DNA from: Antedon mediterranea
Taxonomy: Eukaryota; Animalia; Echinodermata
Assembly: GCF_964355755.1 (NCBI RefSeq)
Contig: NC_092674.1
Span: 12,958,001 to 13,022,000 of the forward strand
Reading direction: 5' to 3'
Length of the DNA stretch: 64,000 nt
Position numbers and translations under genes: made by a program. This document shows positions 1 through 11,200 of the stretch, piece after piece. Below the pieces are notes generated by a model. The model ran no database searches, was not told the DNA's origin, and saw only the letters and a program-made list of their open reading frames with translations. The first letter of the stretch is position 1, and each line of letters starts with the position of its first letter.

Positions 1-1794
1 TAGCCTGACGTTGTATAGTTGCTGCATTAATTGTATTTCTGTTTTCCAGAATCTGTAATACAAACTTGGGGAAACCCGGTATTTTCGCTGAAATAAATTC
101 TTCTACTGTATTTATTTTGGACTTCACGATCGATCGAAAGTAGGTGAATCACAAAAGAAAAACTAAAGAATCAATCCGCGCGTAATGCATGTTGGGATGT
201 TTAGCGGGCCACTAATAATGATTAGAATCGACTTATTTTTCACATTTTTAACCGTTCACAGACGAAAAAAGTTATCACAATAGAACCATAGGCCTATAGT
301 ATTTATTTTAACATTAAATGTAGGTTGTGACCTTAATAAATTAGATTTAAAAAACGTAGGGAATGGGACTTTAAACATTTTTCATAAGAATGACTTCAAA
401 CAGTAATTATGTAAATGTTTAGTGTCAGTAGTAACCAGCTTCTTTCAAAATTTAATAATTTATTTTCATATTTTTGTCAATTGCATTCTTGTAATACTAT
501 GTAAGTCTCCGACTGTTACAATTCTGATTTACGAAAATAATTATTCTATTTCACTTCAAAATAGCAACACTTGCTTCTAGAACAGGTAGTAAGCGCCGTA
601 TATATTGTATGGTTAATCAGTTTGTATAAATAATTCACAGTACGGTAAAAGCAAGGTTTTCAAAATGCACTGCTTATCTTTAACTAAACTTTGAAACATT
701 TGATACCAGTAGTGGATTAGGGTCACTTTTTGTGGTAAATGCATACTGATGCTAATGGTGGAACGATATTTTTATTGTAATAAACCCTAACTAATAATGT
801 AATGAAATATTTATACAAAGGTATACCATTTTTTTCCAACCCTCTGATTAAAAATGGATCGATCCATTTAGCGGTCTTATAGCATAAACTAGTTTCTATA
901 GTCCTGAGTGTTAACACTCGTTGTCCTGTGTCTGTTGTACTCCACTAGGGTTGTGTTATACTTATAATATTATTATACATTGCCAACTTACCAACTATTG
1001 CCACTGGACATGAAAACTGAACAAACTTTCCCGATCCACTCTCAACTCAACCAATTCGTAGCTGTTTACAGTACCTGCACTCCTTTGTCTGTTTTCATAT
1101 TAGTATTTATAATAACAATATGTATGCTTAAATTTATCACAATAATAGTAATAGCACAAAAACCTTTCCACGGTCTAATGAACTTATTTAGAGATGCACA
1201 CATCATTGTGTAGAATTTCAATTAATATTTACAGTCATTCAATTCTATATAACCCCAGAAGTAGTCAGGTATCAGATTACATAACTTGTACACAATAATG
1301 TATACTCTTAGAGTGATAACTTCGAGAAACCTAACGTACTCAATAGGTAAATGTATTTTATATGTATAATATGAAATGAAAACTCAGAGGATATAGGAAA
1401 ATAGGTAAAAAAACATCACGATTGTGTAAATCTTTGTTGAATTCAAGTATTAAGACAGTAGGATATATTATTATGGTTATGTTTAGATTGAAAAGAAACT
1501 GTTGGAAAGAAAAGAGAACGCATTTATAATATATGTCATTAATTGACGCTATTTCAAGAAACAAGAATAATAATACTAAAGAACAACATTTTAACATTAT
1601 AAATAATCATAAAACAGTCAGTCACATTTTATTCCGCATTTACTGACGAAATGTATAAAACCTGTAAACAGAGGGCGCCATCACATTTGCATCCAAGATT
1701 CTTACGTCTTGTAGGCAAAGTTGAAAAATAAATAACGTCAACGATGTTTGTCAAGATCGCATCGTGCTGCACGAAAACTGCTGTAGCCCCGAAT

Positions 1795-2160
1795 AGGTTC
1801 CCACTTGAACTCGACGCAACGTAACGCAGCGACGAATCGACGAAAAGTGCCGTATTGCGTAATCACAAGTGGGAACCGACGACGCAACAGTGCTGCAAAC
1901 ATCAACACGGGAAATCAAATCAGTTTGATTTCACGCAACAACGCAAGGCAAAAGAACACTGGAAAACATAGTATGCCTACAGCGAGTACTTAAAACTACG
2001 CGTGGTGAACCAGGTCAAAGTCTACGGCATGCTAACGTTGACGCGCAACAAACAGGTCAGTGATTTCACGAAGGCGGGGCAAACACAATTATTGGAAGGG
2101 CAATTGCTTACGTTGCGTAGGTTGCGTTACGTTGCGTCGCTAGTGGAAAACAAGATTTAA
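1795..2160. mobile_element. Non-autonomous DNA transposon (MITE) of a GGTTCCCACTAG-GACGCAACGTAACGC family
   Basis: Left end ggttcccacttgaactcgacgcaacgtaacgc is inverted relative to right end gcgttacgttgcgtcgctagtggaaaacaagatttaa. Related copies start at ~2361 and ~27742. Confidence 0.55.
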
Positions 2161-2353
2161 AATTCACGACGCGCGCTTACGTTAATGTTGTTACGAATGT
2201 AGACATTTCCTTATTACCTTTTCCTACGCCGACCAGATTTATAACGTATTTGGAGATTTTTCTCTGATAAGTTTTCCCCTTTTCGAGCGGATTATATTAT
2301 AATTTTTGCACACAAAGTATATGAATAAACAAGTAGGCCTACCTGGTTTTCCT

Positions 2354-2560
2354 AAAGTGTGGTTCCCACTAGGACGCAACGTAACGCAACGCAATGACGT
2401 ATCGACGCAACGTGCCGTATTGCGTAATCACAAGTGGGAATCGAACGACGTAACGTTGTGCAGTTGACAACAAAACAGCGCTGCAAACAGTCGCTACGGG
2501 AAATCAAATCAGTTTGATTTTACGCAATAACGTAAGGCAAACGCAAGAGAAACATAGTAT
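2354..2560. mobile_element. Second, partial copy of the same MITE family
   Basis: ggttcccactaggacgcaacgtaacgc...gtgccgtattgcgtaatcacaagtggga...acgggaaatcaaatcagtttgattt repeats the sequence at 1796-1935. Confidence 0.55.
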
Positions 2561-2891
2561 AGCGCATGCTCAGACCATGAAATCAAAAAGTTTTCCGCCT
2601 GCTGTTTCGCGGTCATCGCGGTGTCTCCGCAGCTAGTTAGCAGAGGGAGTAGTCTCGACGGGTGGTAGTCCAGGGGAATTTTACACATTATCACTGGGTG
2701 GGGTGTGTAGTGTGTGTGTTAGCAAAATGGTTTCAAAATGCGAGGCGGTGTTCATGGATGTTGTAATACTGAATACTGAATACTGAAATGCTTTATTTGT
2801 CCATCATCATCATAAAATAACAACAGAAATTCTTCTTGAAGATTGACAATTATTAGTACAATAATAAATAAATATACACTATAATATAGTA

Positions 2892-3696
2892 TATGGAACG
2901 CCGTTTACGCAACATTTCGATGATATGAATTTTATGACGCGATATGTGAATGAAATGCATCGATATGAATTGAATGGCGTGATATATGAATTAAATGTTT
3001 TGAATTGAATGCTTTGAATTGAATGTTTTGAATGAAATGTTTTGAATGAAATGTTTTGAATTGAATGTTTTGAATAAAATGTTTTGAATGAAATGTTTTG
3101 AATGAAATGTTTTGAATTAAATGTTTTGAATGAAATGTTTGAATTGAATTGAAAATTCAAACTATTGGCGGCGTATGTCATTCCCGCTCGCGATTTTTTT
3201 TCAACCTCTTAATAGGCCTAAGCATGGGTACCCTCATTTCCTTTCAACGCTGTCATCAATATGAATCCTTTACAGAGACTCCCTAACAGACCTGAAACAT
3301 TGGAATACATATTTCCGAACCCAGGTCTGTTAGGATTCTCTGTAAAGGCAGCGTGGAAGAAAGGAGATGAGGGTACCCAGGCTTAGGCCTAAGAGGTTGA
3401 GAAAATAATCGCGAGCGAGAATGACATACGCCACCAATAGTTTGACTTTTCAATTCAATTCAAACATTTCATTCAGAACATTTCATTCAAAACATTTCAT
3501 TCAAAACATTTCATTCAAAACATTTCATTCAAAACATTTCATTCAAAACATTTCATTCAAAATATTCAATTCAAAGCATTCAATTCAAAACATTTCATTC
3601 ATATATCGCACCATTTAATTCATATCGATGCATTTCATTCACATATCGCGTCATAAAATTCATATCATCGAAATGTTGCGTAAACGGCGTTCCATA
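2892..3696. mobile_element. Foldback-type element: ~805 bp near-complete inverted repeat with internal 15-bp tandem arrays
   Basis: tatggaacgccgtttacgcaacatttcgatgatatg at 2892 is the reverse complement of the end at 3696. The arms carry (gaatgaaatgttttg)n and its complement, and pair inward to a short loop near 3290-3320. The direct repeat ATAGTA flanks it at 2886-2891 and 3697-3702. Confidence 0.85.
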
Positions 3697-4079
3697 ATAG
3701 TATGTACACACACATGATTGCACAAAAAATATAAGTTATGAAACACGATGTAAAAAAGACTAGGTAAGACAGTTTCCATGTCTGTATGACAAATCTTCGA
3801 TTGGTTTAAAAAAACGGGATACACAAGTTGAGGCATGGAAAAGGGTGAAAGAAATTAGTGTTGTTGACAATCCAGAAACTTTGTATAAAACCATCAGAGA
3901 TTGGTTTACAATGGTAGGCATAGGCTAGGCCTAGCCCATACATGCCTACAATACATACAATAGGCCTACAAAGCCTTGATAAAGGGCAAATCTCCCAGGC
4001 CTCTATAGGCATAGGCCTATAAGCCTAATTTAAATAATAGGCCTAAATAATAATATTACTGGACCTAGCTAGGTAGAAT

Positions 4080-5884
4080 CAGCGTTGCCAGCGATAAAAT
4101 TTAAATTATGCCGTATCCTGTCTCAAATAATGCAAGATTGGGAAAAATAATGCCAGATCCCCAAAATCTGGCCCTAAACAGCGCCACCAACGGTTGTATG
4201 TCTAATAAACGTTTGTAAAACCCCAACTGATACAAAATAGGGCCTTAATTGTATCCCTATGTCGTTCAAAAATTGTATTTTTATTTTTGTGAGTAATAAC
4301 TAATAATTCTAAAAATATCTGGGGTGCGAAAATGGTAATTGCAAATGAAACAAACACCAACCCACGAACCCTTACTCCCCCCCCCACCCCCCAAAAAAAC
4401 CTGTTACAGGCATGGAAATTTAGAATTTTTGAGCTGAAATATGAGAGCTGCTTGATCTTTGCACTTAATTTCAAATATGAAAGGATCTTAGCCCACCATA
4501 ATTAGAAAATGGCAATTATAATTTTAAATAGGAAATAAAAATATATATTAAGTGTCTCCAGGACCTCAGCCCCACCATGGTTGATAAGAAAATTTTTGAA
4601 AAATGCTGATGGCCGGAAATGCCATCTTAATTTAAAATATGAAATAAAAATATATTTATTAGTGTCTCCAGAATCTTAGCCTACCATAGTTTGAAAATGG
4701 CAATTATAATTGAAAATAGGAAATCAAAATTATATTAAGTGTCTCCAACCATGGTGGGGCTGAGGTACAAAAATTTGGAAAAATAGAGCTGCTCGATGGC
4801 CGGCGGAAATGGCACTTAATTTCAGATATGAAATAAAAATATATTTATTAGTACCTCCAGGATCTTAGCCCACCATAGTTCGAAAGTGGCAATTATAATT
4901 TAAAATAGGAAATAAAAATATATATTAAGTGTCTCCAGGACCTCAGCTCCACCATGGCTGGTGCTGAGGTAAGAAAATTTGGAAAAATAGAGCTGCTCAA
5001 TGGGCGGAAATGGCACTTAATTTCAAATATGAAATAAAAATATATTTATTAGTACCTCCAGGATCTTAGCCCATCATAGTTTTGAAAATGGCAATTATAA
5101 TTTAAAATAGGAAATAAAAATGTATATTAAGTGTCTCCATGACCTCAGCCCCACCATGGTTGGGGGTGAGGTAAAAAAAAATGGAAAAATAGAGCTGCTT
5201 GATGGGCGGAAATGGCACTTAATTTTAAATAAAAATTACCTCGCCCACATGGTCACTACTGGGGCTGAGAGGTGAAGAACATTTGGAAAAATAGGGTTGC
5301 TACGACGATGCAAATGGAACATAATTTGAAATATGGAAAACAAATTCTCCTAGAAGAAATTCTTTTTAAAATTAGAGCTTCTAATTAGTTACTGGAAATT
5401 GCCATTTCAAGGGTTGGGGTAGGGATGCGGCCACTTATAATTATGAACTGAAACAACAAAACCCCTTTCATAATGTTTTCGTTCAATTGTCTCTATATCT
5501 GGGGATCCAATAACCTGCATGGTCTCTGAAATAGCCTCTTCGGATTTGTTGTGCTGCCTATATCGCACACACGGTAGTTTTCGAGCAGTCTTCCTATCCG
5601 AAGAGTCTATTTAAGTCCGAAACAAAAGGATGGAAGACGGAAAACCCGAACAGATCTGTTTTGTACGATATGATATTGTGTAAGGTGATATGTATTAAAT
5701 TGCAAGATTAAACAAAATATTTTATTTTTGTTCTGTGGTATATTATTTTTTTGGTTGTTCAAAAAACACAAAATTATGCCAGATTATGCTAAAAACGGCT
5801 AAATAATGCCGCGGCATTATGCCAGATGCCGTGGGCCTCTAAATAATGCCAAAAAGCATAATAATGCCAGAAATGGCAACTATG
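4080..5884. mobile_element. Non-autonomous hAT-like DNA transposon
   Basis: Imperfect TIRs CAGCGTTGCCA / TGGCAACTATG, an 8-bp target duplication GGTAGAAT (4072-4079 and 5885-5892), and subterminal (a)taatgcc motifs at both ends. Confidence 0.8.
4430..5290. repeat. ~190-200 bp tandem repeat, about 4.5 copies, inside the hAT-like element
   Basis: g(g/a)atcttagcc...catag recurs at ~4482, 4671, 4860 and 5061 with shared flanking sequence. Confidence 0.8.
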
Positions 5885-6404
5885 GGTAGAATATATTAAT
5901 AATAATTATTACCTAGGCTAGGCCTAGCCTATGGGTGGTACGGTATTAGTAGGCCAGGCCTATATTGCAAGGAAATATTCGTTACCAAAAATAAATGAAT
6001 AATATTATAATATATATATTTAAATAAAAATAATAAATAATAATATAATAACAAATAACACTAACATTAATAATAATAATAATATTATAATAAAAGATGA
6101 TGATGACGATAAACGACAACAGCAGGAGTAATATGTAATATATATAATTTTGGGATCAGACAGGAACAATCAAGGTTTACTGTAGCTGAATCCGCAAAGC
6201 GGAACATACAAGCAATATTAATTGATAGTTGATGTTTTAATTACATCTAGAGATTACGGAGGTCGGATGTAGACCTAATGACAATCTTCGCTTCCACAGC
6301 GGCATGTGCGCCCACTTCGCGCAGGAGGGTCATGCGAGAAGGTGTTAAGTTCTCGGTTATAGAGTAAGAAGAATTCTTAAGCAATTTCTTGTTGCGAAAC
6401 ACTT

Positions 6405-6855
6405 CTGCTCGATGGGTCCCATATATATTAGATATGGGCTCGCCCATATGTATTAGCCCAGAAGTTTGGCAGATGGGTCCCATATCGATTATATATGGGC
6501 TTGCCCATATGCATTACCCCATATTTTTGGTAGATGGGTCCCATATATATTATATATGGGCTGGCCCATATGTATTAGCCCAGACGTTTGCTGATGGGTC
6601 CCATATAGATTATATATGGGCTTGCCCATATGTATTACCCTAGATGTTTGGCAGATGGGTCGCATATAGAATATATATGGGCTTGCCCATATATATCAGC
6701 CCAGATTTTTGGCAAATAAGTGCCACATTGGTTTATCATGGGGCAAACCCATATGGGATATCCCATATGGGGTCTTTATTTTTTAAATATGGGATTTCCC
6801 ATATGGGATGGCCCAGATATTTAAGTCATGGGCCCATATGGGCTTGCTACCTGGG
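6405..6855. mobile_element. ~61-bp tandem array of cccatat...atatggg palindromes ending in an EnSpm/CACTA-like terminus
   Basis: gatgggtcccatat recurs at ~6411, 6472, 6533, 6594 and 6654. The right end reads ttgctacctggg followed by TA (CCCAGGTAGCA on the minus strand). I did not find the partner terminus. Confidence 0.5.
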
Positions 6856-8244
6856 TACTTGACAAATGCTATGCTTCAGACCTTTTGTACTCGCAATGCT
6901 AAACAAATGTTCATGGGCTCCCGGACTAACTGTTTCGCGCTTCCAAACGTTGTTTAAACTAAATAGTGTATTAATTATACCAAATAGGATGGTATTTATT
7001 GAAATAAACGCCCAACAGCTCCCCAATAAAACATCACTTAGAATAATAATCGCCCATCCACATTACACAGTGTATTGTATTTATAACACAATTACATTGT
7101 AGTAGAATTCTTACCAAGCATTTTTTTTTACCACTTTTCATATCTATTAGAGGATTTTATTTGATTATAACTATTACCATATTAAAACTAAAACATTAAA
7201 CGTATCCCTCGAATAAGCACCTACCTCAATGAAATCCGCCCCACCTCTTCCCCAAAAGGCCAACCTCCCCCCTCCCCTCCTTCCTAGAGGGGGAGGGAAG
7301 CGAGCTCACCCTCTAGTGTTAAAATCTGTTGTTATTTTTATTAAATGTGTACATGCTTTTAAAAAATGTACACTTTAGAATAAAAACGTAATGATCTGTA
7401 GTTTCAAGACTTTTTGTTAATTGCCACCAACTCTCTTTTTTTGTGTGTTTGTCGCCCTCTACTTGGAAAAGGTTGTCAATGGAAAATTAATATGGCTGCG
7501 CCCATGCAAGCATGTTGAGATGTTGGCTAAACTAGTTATTTGCAGTATAAAACAATCACATAGAAGCTATTAAACATTAATGAATATGCAATGTAGTTGT
7601 CCATATCAGAGAAATTCAACTGTACGGTAAATATCTGTACCCCTTTGAATGAGTTTACATGTTACCGTTTTATTAGCTATGTTTGTGTTTATAAATTATC
7701 ATGCCCTCTCTAGCTAGCTGTGCCTGCCTGGCCCTAGCTAGCTAGGCCTAGCCTAGTTCTGGTCTAGCCTAGGCCTAGCCCCTTTATCTTATGTATGTTT
7801 GATTACTATTGCAGTTAATCGTTGAAGATCATATCAGGTCAACGCATTTTAAATTAACAGTTGTCTCTGTGTTTGTATTGTGGCCTAGGTAGGCCTACAT
7901 CATTATTATTGTATTGTCAATGAATGAGGATCATTCACAATTAAGAAAGTGTACAACCAGTTGATTTGTATGCATGTTATCAGTTTTTGTTATTTTAATC
8001 AAATGTGTACATTCTTATAAATGTACACTTATTTATAATAAAAACAATATAACAATAGTTTCAAACTAGATTGAATTCATGCTTGTTGAGAAGAAACAAA
8101 TTATGGGATCTTTATAGAGCGCGGTATATACTATAAATTACTCATCAGTCATATTAATTTAAAACTGTTGAAATACACTCATTTTTTATTTGCTTGAATT
8201 TGTAGTTACTTACATTTTTCAACCATTGTCTGTTTCTTTTTTAG

Positions 8245-11200
8245 ACGTGACAATCCATGTTTTCTAGAGGGAGATTTTTGTGAACAACCTTATGGTTTTA
8301 GAAATGTCATTCCACTGGTTGATGATATTAATTTATTTGAGGTAAAATATACTCTGTTGAGTTCCTAGACTTTGTTTCTATTGGCATGATGGCTATATTA
8401 AACGCTACTGACATGGCTCAGGAATTAATGCTCTAAGCGCACATTAAACACATCACTTGCTCACACAAAACAACCCATTCATCGAATTGAAGACTTTTAC
8501 TTACCAAATTTACTATTTTATATCATGTGACATTAGTAATTTTGTTGCATTCAGTGATAACAGTGACATTCAATGGTCCCATTCACCGGGCAAGTGAAAA
8601 TGGTGAGCTTTGTTGTCATGTAATAAGCCCAAAAATGTGAAAACCAACCAATATAGGCTTGGCTAAAATCTGAGCCTTGCTTTTTGCATGGACTTTAAAT
8701 ACCAAATTATCTTGCCATTTTATGTTTTTTTATAATTGCACATACTTTTTTTTTTTTAGAGAACACTTAAAGATCAAACCTTTTCAAGGAGTCTTGATAG
8801 ACCCGAGGGTGGACTTGATGCCCTGATGCAAGCTACTGTCTGCAGGGTATCTAATTTTACCTATTTACTTATTGGTAGTTTGTATGCTAAATTAACCTAA
8901 ATAATATTGTTGGATCAAAAGTAGTTTATTATTTTATGTTTATATTGATTTATCTATCAATCAAAGGATGTGTCAATACTATTAATTTAATTTTAATGTA
9001 TTAACAATTTATAATTTATTTCTCTATACAATAGTGGGCCTACTGTGATCGTACTGTTTACAATGTTTTGTTTGATTTGTGTTTAATTTAACTGTTTCTT
9101 TTGACTAAGTTTTATAAGTTAAAAAACATTTTTTTTTTCTAGAGAAGTGATTAACTTTATTAGAACTACAAAATTGCCTATTTAAAGTCTGTTTTTATTA
9201 AGACTTAAGTTCAATTTTCATGGTTTTTTTTTCATCTTTAACATGAATTCAAAATGAAACCCAACCAAGAGAAGGCCTTCCACACTTTTAATGATCATTT
9301 GATGTAATTGATTTTTCAGGAGCATATTGGTTGGCGTAATTATTCAAGACATTTTATTATTTATGAGTGATACAGGATTTCACTTCGCACTTGATGGCAA
9401 GGTTTGTAGAAAAAACCCCTCATTTGAGGGGTAGCCAGCTCATTTGAGGGGTAGCTGGCTCATTTGTGGGGGTAGCTGTATCATTTGAGGGGTAACTGGC
9501 TCATTTGAGGGGTAACTGGCTCATTTGAGGGGTAACTGTATCATTTAAGGGGTATAGCTGGCTCATTTGAGGGGTAGCTGTATCATTTGAGGTGTAACTG
9601 TATCATTTGAGGGGTAGCTGGCTCATTTGAGGTGTAACTGTATCATTTAAGGGGTAGCTGGCTCATTTGAGGGATAGCTGTATCATTTGAGGTGTAACTG
9701 TATCATTTGAGGTGTAACTGTATCATTTGAGGTGTAGCTGGCTCATTTGAGGTGTAACTGTATCATTTGAGGGGTAGCTGTCTCATTTGATGTTTGCTGG
9801 ATTATTTGAGGGGTAGCTGACGCATTTGAAGGGTAGCTGGCTAAAATATTTAGTCATAATTTAATTATTGTAAATAATTAATATTATTATATAAACTATT
9901 TACAGATAAAAAAAATTCAAAATTAAGACCAAAGATGTGGATAATTTCCATGTGGGAGAGTGGAGATGTATCTGCTGTGTGTAACAATTTTTCCTACTTT
10001 TGTATTTTGTACCATTTATGAATTAATTTTCAAACTTATTATACCACATTGATTTAAAAGAAATGAGGGAAACATTTTTGTGTTCTTATATACCACATTT
10101 TGAGTGAGTTCATAAGTGGAAGAAAAAAAAAATTGCAACCAAATATTTTTAATTTTTCTTTTAGGTTGGCGGGCTGACCTTACCAAACGATGGTGAATGT
10201 CATTTAGATGATCAAGGATATTATACTCATTCTGTAAAAAATGTAACTAATTTTCTGATTTACTTTTCTGATTTAATTTATCATTGTTGTGTTACTTATG
10301 TAAATACGGACAATAGTCCAAATATGAGAAATATGAGATTAAATTGAAACCAAGTAAAATAATAAAAACACAATTAATTAATTAAATTACAATAAAAATA
10401 ATACGGTCAACCCTACCAACTGAATATTGAGAGAGTTGACTGTGTTATCTATTAAAAATCCACATAATTCTATCAGAGGGGAAACAAGACAAAATGGTGC
10501 ATGCACTATCTGAACCCACGCTTTCTCAAACGCATGTCAATTTCTTGTTATGCATTCCACTCCCTCTCTCCTATTATGATAAAAAGAGGTCAATTCAAAG
10601 TATGATTAATATACATATTTTACATTTACTTTTTTTAATTTCAGGATTTTCCATCTTTAGGACAGCTTCATGAGAAATTATTAGAAAGAAATGTAATTCC
10701 AATTTTTGCAGTAGCAAAATCAAAACAGCGTGTTGATCCAGCTCTTTATCAGGTATTGAATATGTTGAATCATGATAGAATACATTCTAGTATCTTGTGT
10801 TAGTTCTTTAGAATTCTCCACATGCTAGTCCTATTAGTGCATGGATTTAGTATCTGCTACTTGATCAACTTATATATATATATATATTGTTATCTGAAAA
10901 ATAATGGTTTGATATGCCATTTTAATGTCATGTAATGGTTAGTCCATTCCAAAAATTGGTTGGCAAAAAATGATTTACCTACCTGCCAACAGTACAGCAT
11001 CTACCCAGATCAGCATGCCAAGAGATGACCCCTGCTCTTTTTCGAATAATGGACCGAGTTCTTTAACATGCCAGCGGCTTTATGTCCCATCCGGAGTATG
11101 AGGTATATTTTAATTTTTTTTCTTCATTTCAACAGGAAGTTGTAAATGAGTTTTTCCCAGGTGGATCTGTGGGAACTAGCTAGTGATTCAAGAAACATTA

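Noticed and set aside
2879-3618. Repetitive ORFs of 100 aa (-) and 65 aa (+) with SKHFIQNISFKTF repeats
   Set aside because: They are mirror translations of the 15-bp arrays in the foldback element.
6247-6862. ORFs with G/P/Y/I-rich repeats
   Set aside because: They result from the 61-bp palindromic tandem repeat and show no domain or splice support.
1-8244. Missing 5' integrin exons (signal peptide, PSI, MIDAS DxSxS)
   Set aside because: I found no convincing exon by eye. They probably lie left of the window, so I do not claim a truncation.
9418-9841. CRISPR-like or coding repeat
   Set aside because: Head-to-tail 20-bp intronic minisatellite without spacers or an open frame.
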